NCBI GenBank assembly: GCA_043803745.1
Contig: JAZDJS010000038.1
Location: 1 to 27,430 of the forward strand
Source: an archaeon
Lineage (GTDB): Archaea; SpSt-1190; DYHY01
Length of the DNA stretch: 27,430 nt
Direction of reading: 5' to 3'
Position numbers and translations under genes: made by a program. The notes under the pieces are model-generated. The model saw only the letters and a program-made list of their open reading frames with translations, had not been told where the DNA came from and did no database searches. Positions 1 to 8,285 of the stretch are shown here, one piece after another; positions within the stretch are counted from its first letter, which is position 1, and every line of letters begins with the position of its first letter.

Positions 1-112
1 TGCCAAATGAACAGAGGATGCCTGAATTGTTGTGGAAGGTTTTCCACGAGATTCTGACCGGAGTATGGAATGCGAATTCGAACCGGAAAGCCTCTAGCAA
101 ATTGCCTGCCAT
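1..112 (-). CDS. 5' part of a gene running off the window edge; possible enolase-superfamily (MenC/OSBS- or dipeptide-epimerase-like) N-terminus
   Basis: Read by hand: ATG at 112 directly follows the TGA (113-115) of the upstream ORF; MAGNLLEAFRFEFAFHTPVRISWKTFHNNSGILCSFG..., open to the edge. The pattern resembles the 'YxxPLxxPxxxxxxxxxxRxGxL' capping-domain start of MenC/mandelate racemase-like proteins. Only 37 codons visible. Confidence 0.45.
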   Translation of the reverse strand, partial: MAGNLLEAFRFEFAFHTPVRISWKTFHNNSGILCSFG

Positions 113-1459
113 TCAGCTCACCATAAAACTGAGTCCGTTCCGAGAAAGTATTTCAAGGTTCCTTCTTGAATCGCTTTTTTTCCCTTCCGTTTCTTCCATT
201 GTCGCAACCGATGCGTCAAAAAGGTTCCCAAACTTCTGGGAGGCGAGTTTTTCCAAATAGTTTCTCTGGATCCCTCCCTCGAAAAAAAGCTGGGCGCCCT
301 TCTTCGGGGTCCCGTCCTTGTTGAAAGAAGCCAGCAGCCCGCAGGAAAGTAAGTCGGTCCGGCGCCCCATTATCTTGTCGGCCCGGCTTTTCTCGCCGAG
401 CTTTAGGAAAAATTTTCCGAGCTTCTCTCTGAACTCCGTGAGATATTCGGTTTGCTTGAACCCCCCGAGCACGTCAACTCCTGTGAGCGCCCAAATGTTG
501 TAGAAGGTAATTAGGAGTCCCTCGTTCAGAGAGCCCGCTTCAACCCCTTCAATGATACCTGAAATAGGAACTGAGAATTTCTCTTTCCCGTTGTGCGGGC
601 AGTTGCGGTCGAGGCAGTTGCCCTCAAGAGACACGCAACCGCCCTCGTCCACTTTTCTGAGGGGGAATTCTATCCCGCACTTGCACGAGCCGTAGTAAAA
701 GTATGTTGAATTGGTTGCGCCGTAGGTTCCGGAAAAGGATTCTTCCAAGGCGGCTCGGCTTGCTTTGCTTTCGAGCAGATTCTCGCGGACAAGCTCCAGG
801 TCCTCCGCAGCCCGCAGTTTCAGGGGCTTTGCAGGCTCCGAGAAAAGGTGCTGCCATAACTCGGAACTGAAAAATTCGCATTGCTTGTTGAATGTCTTTC
901 CCTTGGCGGCTGCTTGTGCGGCGGCATTGATGAACAACGCAAGCTTGTCCTCGGGGATGAACTCGAAAAAATCGCGTTTTCTTTGGAAATCCCTGAAAGA
1001 CTCTAGGAATTTGTCGATCTCGTTTTGTGTTATTTTGGGCGCGCGGTTCACGGTTACCTTGCTTTTCCCTCTGAGGGTATATCTGGACAGACGGATTCCT
1101 TTGTGCTCAAGGCGGGAAAGGTCTATCGAGCCCGGCCGCGTCCAGTTCTGGAAAGGGATTCTGCTGCACGGGAGGAGAACCGTCTGGTCCGAACCCCCGT
1201 TTGAAAGAAGGGATTCGAGGTTTACAAGAATGTCCTCGCCAAGCCCAAAGGTTTCTTCCCATTGCAGGAATGCCATGTGGGAACCTGTCGAGACCCGCCT
1301 GACATCCTCTCCGTTGAAATTTTTGCAGAACAGGTCATATGCACTTTCGTCAAGGGGCGCGTGCACGCTCTCGGAAAACAAATGTTCCCTCAAGTAGTCA
1401 AGAAGCGTGAAATTTCCAAACCGCTCCTTTACTGAACGGGCGATTGAAAGAGAGGCCAT
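113..1459 (-). CDS. hypothetical protein, 448 aa, soluble, with a Cys cluster
   Basis: Long ORF with its own BRE/TATA-like promoter. Motif-like segments STGSH, CSRIPFQNWTRPG, CKC...C...CLDRNCPH and LGGFKQTEYL. No family confidently recognised. Confidence 0.85.
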   Translation of the reverse strand: MASLSIARSVKERFGNFTLLDYLREHLFSESVHAPLDESAYDLFCKNFNGEDVRRVSTGSHMAFLQWEETFGLGEDILVNLESLLSNGGSDQTVLLPCSRIPFQNWTRPGSIDLSRLEHKGIRLSRYTLRGKSKVTVNRAPKITQNEIDKFLESFRDFQRKRDFFEFIPEDKLALFINAAAQAAAKGKTFNKQCEFFSSELWQHLFSEPAKPLKLRAAEDLELVRENLLESKASRAALEESFSGTYGATNSTYFYYGSCKCGIEFPLRKVDEGGCVSLEGNCLDRNCPHNGKEKFSVPISGIIEGVEAGSLNEGLLITFYNIWALTGVDVLGGFKQTEYLTEFREKLGKFFLKLGEKSRADKIMGRRTDLLSCGLLASFNKDGTPKKGAQLFFEGGIQRNYLEKLASQKFGNLFDASVATMEETEGKKSDSRRNLEILSRNGLSFMVS

Positions 1460-1485
1460 TGAGAATTCGAACCCCCTCTACTCGG

Positions 1486-1498
1486 ATATAAAGTTTCG
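1486..1498 (-). promoter_or_regulatory. BRE+TATA (CGAAAC TTTATAT) for the 448-aa gene
   Basis: TTTATAT lies 27-33 nt upstream of ATG 1459, preceded by purine-rich CGAAA; typical archaeal short-leader or leaderless promoter spacing. Confidence 0.6.
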
Positions 1499-1523
1499 GC
1501 CGAACGTGTGTGTGCTTCCCTTC

Positions 1524-1973
1524 TCAGAACATCCGCTCGAGAAGCGCGGTCATCTTTTCCTTCCGGTCTCCGGCTTCGCCCTTTGCAGTTATCGCTCTTT
1601 TGAGAGTCTTCTTGAATCCGCCGGTCGGTGGATGCAGGTGGATGTCCTTCTTTATTCCGTGATCGAGAAGCAGCTTCCCGGCCACCATCCCCGCAGCAGC
1701 CCCGCTGGCTGCGCGCGCATCCACATCTTTCCCGCCGACCAGTTCGCCCCTCTTCTCAATTACTCTCGCGGCAAGCTCGGCCGAAATCGTCCCCCAGGTG
1801 ACGTAATCCTTTGCCTTCTGGAGCATCGACTTGTACATCGGGCCCTCTGGCAGGAGGGCGAGCGTGTTTATCTTCAGTAGCCCCAAAAGCGCGAGAGTCT
1901 TCTTCGCGTCCGGCTTTGCCCCTATCGGGGACTTTATCAGTATCGCGCCAATTATTCTTCCTTCATTAGTCAT
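1524..1973 (-). CDS. rpl30: 50S ribosomal protein L30 (uL30, archaeal long form)
   Basis: MLQKAKDYVTWG, LHPPTGGFKK, GEAGDR..M..LLERM motifs; position after S5. Confidence 0.95.
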   Translation of the reverse strand: MTNEGRIIGAILIKSPIGAKPDAKKTLALLGLLKINTLALLPEGPMYKSMLQKAKDYVTWGTISAELAARVIEKRGELVGGKDVDARAASGAAAGMVAGKLLLDHGIKKDIHLHPPTGGFKKTLKRAITAKGEAGDRKEKMTALLERMF

Positions 1974-1976
1974 TTC

Positions 1977-2795
1977 CTACTTCAACCCCCACTTCTCGGC
2001 GAACTCCGCAGGAACTGCAAGAACGTTCGTCTTGCGCAGTGCGGCGAAAACCGCATAGCTGAGGTTTATCCGGTTCCTGGTTTCCCCAAGAGTCTTGGAC
2101 CATGCGTCGGTTATTCCCGCAATCGTGAGGATCCTCTTCGCCTCGGGATGGACAACAAGCCCGGTTCCTCTTGGCGCGGGATAAAACCTGACTGCGACGC
2201 TCGACGATTTGCCGTCGACCTGAAAGGGGACGCTGTGCGGCTTTCCGCATCCGCATTCCCAGGACCCGCAGGCCCTGAGAATCCTTATCATCGCGAGTTT
2301 CGCCGCCTTTATCGAAGTTTCCTTCGCTGGCAGGGATTCGCGTGAAGATCCCTTTCCAACCCCGATGTAGCCGTCGCCGTTTCCGACGACTGCAATGTAT
2401 GAGAATTTCGTCCTTGAGCCCTCGCGCACCTTTTTCTGAGTGTTCTTGTACACTCGCCTCGAGCCTCCGCCGAACTTCCCCTTCGACTGTCCGATCATTA
2501 CAAAATCGACCTGCAGCTCGGGGAAGAAATAGTCTATTATTTCCGGCTCGATTATCTTGATGCCCGTTGAAAGAACCTCGTCGAAGCTCTTCAGCGCGCC
2601 CGACAGAACTTCGCGCCCAAGCCGAGTTTTTGGAACCCAAATCTTTGGCGGCGCATCCCTTTTATCGGAATCCCGGAAACCCCCCGCGCCGGGCGGCTTG
2701 CGCCCTCGGGAAAACCTCCGCGGGCCTCCTCCGCCTCCGCTCGTTCGCCTTCCTCCACCCGGTCCGCTTTTCGCTCCGCCTTCGCCAAATGCCAT
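1977..2795 (-). CDS. rps5: 30S ribosomal protein S5 (uS5) with Gly/Arg-rich N-terminal extension
   Basis: WVPKTRLGREV, VVGNGDGYIGVG, CGSWECGCGKPHS, PAPRGTGLV motifs. Confidence 0.97.
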   Translation of the reverse strand: MAFGEGGAKSGPGGGRRTSGGGGGPRRFSRGRKPPGAGGFRDSDKRDAPPKIWVPKTRLGREVLSGALKSFDEVLSTGIKIIEPEIIDYFFPELQVDFVMIGQSKGKFGGGSRRVYKNTQKKVREGSRTKFSYIAVVGNGDGYIGVGKGSSRESLPAKETSIKAAKLAMIRILRACGSWECGCGKPHSVPFQVDGKSSSVAVRFYPAPRGTGLVVHPEAKRILTIAGITDAWSKTLGETRNRINLSYAVFAALRKTNVLAVPAEFAEKWGLK

Positions 2796-2800
2796 TTTGA

Positions 2801-3364
2801 TTATTCAATTCCTCCCTTTTTACCGGACTTTTTCTCGGTTTTCGGTCCAGCCGATGTTGTTGCCGTAGTGGCAGATATTTTTTCCTTTGTCGCCTTGAAT
2901 GAGGCTGCAAGCTCCGGAGTACCCTTCACATGAAGCCCCTGGAGCCTTTCCTCGGACGGGAACGCGCTCGCATCGAACGGAACCGCAAGGCCTCCGTCAA
3001 CCACGCCCTTGAGGACTGCGAAAATTCTTCCGCCCTTTACGGGCCTCTGCATCCCGATGTCGAAAACCGCCTCGGTTCCCTTCGGAGTTCTCTTCGCAAG
3101 GAGGCATCCCACGAGATATGCTGCGGGAATGTTTCCCGTTGAGCCCTTCCATCCGATTTTCGCGAGATCCTTCCCGCTTGCGGCTGCAATTGTCCTGTCC
3201 CCTTCGGGGAAAAATTCAACTGCCTGGGCATATATGCTGGAATTGCTCTTCCTGACTACCAGGCGCACCTTGCCCGACTTTACAAGCGCGAGCCTTTTCG
3301 CGTAATCGGTCTTCTTCTCCCGTCTCCTTCTGAAGGGAACCCGGTATGTTGGTGAATCTGCCAT
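2801..3364 (-). CDS. rpl18: 50S ribosomal protein L18 (uL18)
   Basis: YRVPFRRRREKKTDY, RLVVRKSN, GNIPAAYLVG, KGVVDGGL. Confidence 0.97.
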   Translation of the reverse strand: MADSPTYRVPFRRRREKKTDYAKRLALVKSGKVRLVVRKSNSSIYAQAVEFFPEGDRTIAAASGKDLAKIGWKGSTGNIPAAYLVGCLLAKRTPKGTEAVFDIGMQRPVKGGRIFAVLKGVVDGGLAVPFDASAFPSEERLQGLHVKGTPELAASFKATKEKISATTATTSAGPKTEKKSGKKGGIE

Positions 3365-3368
3365 TTTT

Positions 3369-3836
3369 CTACTGTTTCATCTCCTTGATTGCCTTGGCCG
3401 GCGCTCCCTTCTGGATGTGGAGCTTGACGTGGGTCTTGCTCCTGAAAAATCCTCCGGAGGCCTTTCTGTAAAGGTCCTTGAACATTTTCTTGTCAATCTC
3501 CTCCTTTTGCAGGAGTGCTTTCAGCAGGCGCCGTATCGGCCGTATTGTGTTTATCCATTCGCGCTTTCCGGAAACCCTCTTTCCGCGGTTTCCTCCAGGC
3601 CCCCTGATGCGCCCCTTCTTTTTCTTCTCCTGTCTTGCCCTTGCGCGCACGCGCGAGGTTCCCTTTTCGGGCCTCTTCGCGATTATTCCCTTCGCAATCA
3701 GGCGCTTGATATCCTCGCGGGTTATCGCGCCTTCGACAGTTTTCGTTTCCTCGGGATTTATCCAGACTCTGTGGAGTCCGACCTTGAGTATTGCCGCTGC
3801 AATCTGCCTTTGGGAAAAAGCATCCGACATTTTCAC
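3369..3836 (-). CDS. rpl19e: 50S ribosomal protein L19e
   Basis: KVGLHRVWINP, AITREDIKRLI, KGTSRVRAR, LYRKASGGFF. Confidence 0.97.
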   Translation of the reverse strand: MKMSDAFSQRQIAAAILKVGLHRVWINPEETKTVEGAITREDIKRLIAKGIIAKRPEKGTSRVRARARQEKKKKGRIRGPGGNRGKRVSGKREWINTIRPIRRLLKALLQKEEIDKKMFKDLYRKASGGFFRSKTHVKLHIQKGAPAKAIKEMKQ

Positions 3837-4246
3837 TTCTCAGCCTCCGCTTTCTTGGCCTTCGCCGCGGTTTCCTTTGGGGGTGCCTCTTTGTTCTTCT
3901 TTTTCGGCTCCTTCGCCGGATTGAAAACCTTGATTCCGAGCTTCGACGCTTCCTTCGTTATTTCGAGTTTCTTCCTGATTGAAAGTCTTGCGGATATCCG
4001 TATTCCCTCGGTTTTCTTGTCAACGCCCGCGAGATCCTTCGGTGAGGCCGTGAAAATCTCTGCAAGACCGGAAGGGTGGATGAACCGTCCCTCTGCGCAG
4101 GTCCCGAAGCCCGCGTCAACAACCGGCGGGTTGCCCTTGCGGTGCTCCCTCATTTTGCTGTGCTTTCCGCGGGGTTTTCTCCAGACATTCGTCTTCCCCA
4201 CGCGCGCATACCTGTGATACTCTTGTTTCTTGAATCTTTTCGACAT
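3833..4246 (-). CDS. rpl32e: 50S ribosomal protein L32e
   Basis: FKKQEYHRY, WRKPRGKHSKMR, HPSGL, GIKVFN. Confidence 0.97.
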   Translation of the reverse strand: MSKRFKKQEYHRYARVGKTNVWRKPRGKHSKMREHRKGNPPVVDAGFGTCAEGRFIHPSGLAEIFTASPKDLAGVDKKTEGIRISARLSIRKKLEITKEASKLGIKVFNPAKEPKKKNKEAPPKETAAKAKKAEAEK

Positions 4247-4249
4247 TTT

Positions 4250-4834
4250 TTAGGCAGCCCCCTCATCGGCAAGTTTCCTTTCCATTATGTAAATCCCGTC
4301 CTGGAACGTGCGCCGATCCTTCTTGCGTATCTTTGTCCCGTCCTCGAGCTTCTGCGCACTTTTTGCGACTGCTTCGAGGTCCGGTCCTGAAAGGAAAACG
4401 TCCTTGCCCTCGACTTTTATTCTGACGCCCTTCTCGATCTTTACCAGCCGCGGACATTTCTCCCCTGTGAAATTCTCTATCTTGACGACGCCCCCGGATG
4501 AGGTAACCTTCGACGGAAAGTGGCTCTGCACGATCTCCAGCCGGTACCTGAATCCCTTCGTCGCCCCGACGAGCATGTTGTTGATGTGCGCGACAGAGCT
4601 TTCGATGACCGCCTTGGGCTTCTTCTTCGGGCCTGATTCGAGCAAAACCTTACCGCCCTCGACGGAAATTGCGACGAACGGATTGGAAAAGTTGCGTCTG
4701 ACCTCGCCTTTGGGCCCTCTTACCACCAGGGTCTTTCCGGAAAAGCTTACGGAAACTCCGGCTTGCCCCGAAAACTCTATCTCCCTCTTGATTTTTTCCC
4801 GTTCTGGTTGTTCTTGTGCCATTTTTGCCATCAT
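4250..4834 (-). CDS. rpl6: 50S ribosomal protein L6 (uL6)
   Basis: VRGPKGEV, HINNMLVGATKGF, SHFP, NFTGEK, KDRRTFQDGIYI. Exact start uncertain (several Met codons). Confidence 0.97.
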   Translation of the reverse strand: MMAKMAQEQPEREKIKREIEFSGQAGVSVSFSGKTLVVRGPKGEVRRNFSNPFVAISVEGGKVLLESGPKKKPKAVIESSVAHINNMLVGATKGFRYRLEIVQSHFPSKVTSSGGVVKIENFTGEKCPRLVKIEKGVRIKVEGKDVFLSGPDLEAVAKSAQKLEDGTKIRKKDRRTFQDGIYIMERKLADEGAA

Positions 4835-4845
4835 TTCCCCGGTTC

Positions 4846-5232
4846 CTAGTAGACGAAAGCCACGAGCTTTCCCCCCAGCCCTTTCTTCTTAGCTTCCTCG
4901 TGGGTGAGAACCCCGGCGGAAGTCGTTATCAGGAGAAGCCCGAACCCCTGGGCAGGAAGGTATCTCTTTTCCCATTTCTCGAGATCTGCGACCCCTATCG
5001 GGGTCCGCGGGCTTATCGCGCCGCAGCTGTTTATCGTGTGCAGGAGCTTGATTCTGTAGACCCTGCCGCGCCCGTCGTCAATCATCTCGAATTCCTGGAT
5101 ATATCCGCGAGATTGCATTATCTTGAGGACTTCCGTTGATATTCCGGAAGTCGGTCTTGCGAACATCTCCAACTTCCCGACCTTGACCGCGTTCTTGACG
5201 GACGAAAGCAGGTCTGCGAGCGTGTTTGCCAT
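4846..5232 (-). CDS. rps8: 30S ribosomal protein S8 (uS8)
   Basis: IDDGRG, INSCGAISPR, EKRYLPA, TTSAGVLTHEEA, GGKLVAFVY. Confidence 0.97.
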   Translation of the reverse strand: MANTLADLLSSVKNAVKVGKLEMFARPTSGISTEVLKIMQSRGYIQEFEMIDDGRGRVYRIKLLHTINSCGAISPRTPIGVADLEKWEKRYLPAQGFGLLLITTSAGVLTHEEAKKKGLGGKLVAFVY

Positions 5233-5261
5233 TTGTTATTTTCATTCCTCCTTTTTAGTAT

Positions 5262-5423
5262 TCATTCGTATTGTTTGAACCCAAGCTCTTTTGCAACTTC
5301 CCTGAAGCACTGGCGGCATACGTTAAGCCCATACTTGCGGATTATGGCCCCATGACTTCCGCACGTTCTGCAGATACGGGAGCCCTTCCCGAATTTCCTT
5401 ACGACTTTTTGATTTTTGACCAT
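5262..5423 (-). CDS. rps14: 30S ribosomal protein S14 (uS14, zinc-binding type), 53 aa; not in the ORF track
   Basis: Hand translation [53 protein letters not shown]; two CxxC motifs; AAGGAG SD upstream; canonical position between L5 and S8. Confidence 0.97.
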   Translation of the reverse strand: MVKNQKVVRKFGKGSRICRTCGSHGAIIRKYGLNVCRQCFREVAKELGFKQYE

Positions 5424-5450
5424 GTTTTTCGTTCTCCTTTTGTAAGTTCC

Positions 5451-6008
5451 CTACCGCTCCGAGCGCTCCGTTTCGTCCTCTTCCCTCAGAACGATTCCGA
5501 ATTTTGCCTTTGCAAATGAGATGGCATCGTCTTTCGTGACGAGGTGGTTCTTCCCTATCTTTGCCGGCTTCGCCCGCCTCATTTTCACACGGTAACCGGG
5601 CCTCTTCAGCGTCACGCAGACATCCATTCCGATTATCCCGAGCGTCGGGTCATATTTCACGTCTGGCAGGTCGATGTGCTCCTTGATTCCGAATGAGAAG
5701 TTCCCGGATGAGTCGAAGTTCCTTGCGGAAAGGGTTTTCTCGACTGCGGAAAATGCGCGATTGAGGAACGCTTCGGCATCGGCGCCCCTCAAGGTTACCT
5801 TGCATCCTATTACCGTGCCGGGCCGTACCCCGAAGTCCGGGATCCTTTTGCTCGTCATGGTTTTCACAGGATTCTTTCCCAGTATTTTCTTGAGGACGTT
5901 TATTGCGTTCTCGAGCTTGGCCCCGCCTTCCCCCGCGCCCACGTTGAGGGTGACCTTGTCAACCCGTATCTGACGCATCGGGTTTTCCTTTGTTCCGCTT
6001 TTGACCAT
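5451..6008 (-). CDS. rpl5: 50S ribosomal protein L5 (uL5)
   Basis: NPMRQIRVDKVTLNVGAGE, IGCKVTLRG, FDSSGNFSFGIKEHID, YDPTLGIIGMDV. Confidence 0.98.
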   Translation of the reverse strand: MVKSGTKENPMRQIRVDKVTLNVGAGEGGAKLENAINVLKKILGKNPVKTMTSKRIPDFGVRPGTVIGCKVTLRGADAEAFLNRAFSAVEKTLSARNFDSSGNFSFGIKEHIDLPDVKYDPTLGIIGMDVCVTLKRPGYRVKMRRAKPAKIGKNHLVTKDDAISFAKAKFGIVLREEDETERSER

Positions 6009-6748
6009 TAAGCTTTGCCTCCCTTCTTCCCGTCGTTCTCAGGAATCGTTATTTCCGGCTTGCCCGTTCCGATCGCAATCACATAATCCTTGAGCGTTTC
6101 AAGGGTTTTCCTTCCGGATTCGAGGAGAACAGTTGGCTTTGCATATGCGCTCCCCGCCTTTATTTCCGAGATGTCGAGGATTTTCCCGCTGTGTACGCCG
6201 TCGAATACAAGCGCGGTCGTCCCCCTTCCCAGGGCAATGAATTTGGAAACTTTCTTTTCCTTGAGGTCGAAAAGCGCCGAATGTCCGGTCTTTATCTTGC
6301 TCCCGTCCTCCTTTGACATGAGTACGTTCCTTCCGTCATGGAAAGTCACTTGGGTCTTCCCGCCCTTCACGGTTGTTTTCCGGATGACCTTAAGCACTTT
6401 AACGTGCCCGTCTGCCTCGGGAATTTCTGAGAGAATCAGCCCCCTTCCGGATGGAAGGACCCGGTAAACCTTGCTGACCGTCGGTATTGCGATTACATCC
6501 ATCAGCCCGACGCCGACTTTCCCGTCGGTGCAGACTTTCCCGTCAATTGCGACGTTCCCGCCCTTTAGTATTGCCTTCACTTCCCTCGCGGTTTTCGCGA
6601 GAGCCAGCATGTCCCGGAGGACTACTATGAGCGGTATTGCCGATTCCTGCGGGTGTTTGCCCGGCCTCGGGGAGGTGACCCAGTAGAACGTCTTTTTTCC
6701 GGTTTTCCAGTAATTGGGCGAAACAATCCTTTTCATGTGTTGTGCCAT
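6008..6748 (-). CDS. rps4e: 30S ribosomal protein S4e
   Basis: HMKRIVSPNYW, PRPGKH, VLRDML, GLMDVI, HDGRN. ATG 6748 preferred over the TTG at 6757. Confidence 0.97.
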   Translation of the reverse strand: MAQHMKRIVSPNYWKTGKKTFYWVTSPRPGKHPQESAIPLIVVLRDMLALAKTAREVKAILKGGNVAIDGKVCTDGKVGVGLMDVIAIPTVSKVYRVLPSGRGLILSEIPEADGHVKVLKVIRKTTVKGGKTQVTFHDGRNVLMSKEDGSKIKTGHSALFDLKEKKVSKFIALGRGTTALVFDGVHSGKILDISEIKAGSAYAKPTVLLESGRKTLETLKDYVIAIGTGKPEITIPENDGKKGGKA

Positions 6749-6760
6749 TTTTATCAATCA

Positions 6761-7183
6761 TTACTCCTTCTTTGTCGCGGTTTCCCGGGCGATTTTTTTC
6801 TCGGTGGCTTCGGGCAGGGCCGCCACTTCGGCGAGCCTCCGCTTGTCTGAGAGGTTCAGTTCGATTATCAAGAGGTTTGACGGGTGAATTGGCACGCGGG
6901 CCTTTGCCCCGTTTACCTTGGATACCGAGATTCCCTCGAGATATGCCCGCTGGCGCAGGAGGTCTACTTCCTCGACCTTTGCAACGGTTCCCTTGCGGGA
7001 GCCCCGCATTATCTTCACCTTGTCGCCTTTCCTCAGGGGAACGGCTCTCCTGCCCGCCTTTTCGGACAGTTCCTTCGACAGGTGTGAAGAAACCAGCTTC
7101 TGCTTCACATGGAGAGGTGCGTTGTAAAGCCGTTTATGCTGCTTCCTTCGCAAACTCGAACTTCTCTTCTTTACGGCAACCAT
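6761..7183 (-). CDS. rpl24: 50S ribosomal protein L24 (uL24)
   Basis: RKQHKRLYNAPLH, LRKGDKVKIMRG (KOW motif), PIHPSNL. Confidence 0.97.
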   Translation of the reverse strand: MVAVKKRSSSLRRKQHKRLYNAPLHVKQKLVSSHLSKELSEKAGRRAVPLRKGDKVKIMRGSRKGTVAKVEEVDLLRQRAYLEGISVSKVNGAKARVPIHPSNLLIIELNLSDKRRLAEVAALPEATEKKIARETATKKE

Positions 7184-7189
7184 TTTTCT

Positions 7190-7618
7190 TTAGACGACCA
7201 CCTTTGCGACCTTCGCAAGTTTGTTCCACCTTTCGATCGCCTCTTTGGCAATCGCGGACTTGACCTCGGAACCCTTCGGCCCGCCCTCGTCGTCGACGAT
7301 TACGCAGGTGTTCTCATCGAACTTTATCCGTGTTCCGTCGGGTCTCCTGAATTCCTTCTTCATTGATGTTACCACCGCTTTGACGAGTTTCTTTCGGTAT
7401 TCCGGCGTTCCGCTCTTCACCGCAACAAAAACCATGTCTCCGATTGTCGCTCGCGGCTGCCTTCCGCGCGTCCCGTGATAGCCCTTGACCGCGGCAATCT
7501 CGCATATTTTCGCGCCCGAGTTGTCAATGCATTTCAGCCGCGAGCCGGTGTTCAGCCCCCGGACCGTTCTGATCGTTAGAGGTCTCTTTCCAGACACCTT
7601 TACGCGTCTCTGTCCCAT
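7190..7618 (-). CDS. rpl14: 50S ribosomal protein L14 (uL14)
   Basis: CIDNSGAK, FRRPDGTRIKFDEN, PKGSE, IAKEAIERW. Confidence 0.98.
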   Translation of the reverse strand: MGQRRVKVSGKRPLTIRTVRGLNTGSRLKCIDNSGAKICEIAAVKGYHGTRGRQPRATIGDMVFVAVKSGTPEYRKKLVKAVVTSMKKEFRRPDGTRIKFDENTCVIVDDEGGPKGSEVKSAIAKEAIERWNKLAKVAKVVV

Positions 7619-7995
7619 TAGGATGATTCAGCTCCCTTAGTCTTCTTTGGCAATTCCCGCCTTTTGATGATTTTAGTTACAATGAAATTTACGGTCTTGG
7701 AAAGCTTGCGCGTTTCCTCGACGCGGACGCGGTCTCCTTTCCTCGCGGAAATTTCCGCGAGGTTCTTGGCTTTGATCCTGCTCGTAAGGCGGAAAAACCT
7801 GTTGAATTTTCCTGACCTCACGACACGGGGCCATTCAACGACAACGGTTTTCTGCATCCCGTCGGACACGACCGTGCCCTCGAAGAATTTCCCCCGCATC
7901 TTTATTCCTTCGGGCGCGCACGATGAAGTCTCCAAGCCCTTAGGATCTTGATCATTCTTTTTGTTCTTTCTTCCGGATTCCCGTGGATTAGCCAT
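7618..7995 (-). CDS. rps17: 30S ribosomal protein S17 (uS17)
   Basis: RGKFFEGTVVSDGMQKTVVV, GDRVRVEETRKLSKTVNF. Start ambiguous: ATG 7995 (overlaps Rpp29) or ATG 7899. Confidence 0.95.
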   Translation of the reverse strand: MANPRESGRKNKKNDQDPKGLETSSCAPEGIKMRGKFFEGTVVSDGMQKTVVVEWPRVVRSGKFNRFFRLTSRIKAKNLAEISARKGDRVRVEETRKLSKTVNFIVTKIIKRRELPKKTKGAESS

Positions 7996-8285
7996 CCTTC
8001 GACATCTACCTTCCCTTCTTGTTTCTTTCTTGCGTTTTTCCCGTCGTCCGGAAGGTGAAAGCGGAAAAGTGTCCCTTTTTTAGGGATTTTTTCCTCCCCG
8101 CCAGCTGCTGCCTTCGCGTCGCTCGGGCCGTCTGCCTTGCCTTTTCTTTCGACAACCAAAAGGTTCCTTGTCTCGTTGACAACTGTCCCGGACGTTCCCA
8201 CCCGTGACTTATCAGCCGAGTCGACAACTTCTACCTTGAGGCCAATGAGTTCGTGGCCAATCAGATTTTCGGCCGTCCTTGGCAT
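7902..8285 (-). CDS. rnp1: ribonuclease P protein component 1 (Rpp29/Pop4)
   Basis: MPRTAENLIGHELIGLKVEV, GTVVNETRN, KIPKKGTLFRF, VEGWLIHGNPEER; usual position before S17. ATG 8285 preferred over TTG 8294. Confidence 0.93.
   Translation of the reverse strand: MPRTAENLIGHELIGLKVEVVDSADKSRVGTSGTVVNETRNLLVVERKGKADGPSDAKAAAGGEEKIPKKGTLFRFHLPDDGKNARKKQEGKVDVEGWLIHGNPEERTKRMIKILRAWRLHRARPKE

Noticed and set aside
74-1473. 11-bp direct repeat GAATTCGAACC at 74-84 and 1463-1473 flanking the 448-aa gene (possible target duplication or att site)
   Set aside because: One copy lies inside the next coding sequence, an 11-mer match within 1.5 kb is plausible by chance, and no integrase is present.
1460-1480. 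tRNA T-arm-like GGGGGTTCGAATTCTC on the minus strand
   Set aside because: The stem is weak (G-U pairs, no G53-C61 pair) and there is no acceptor, D or anticodon arm.
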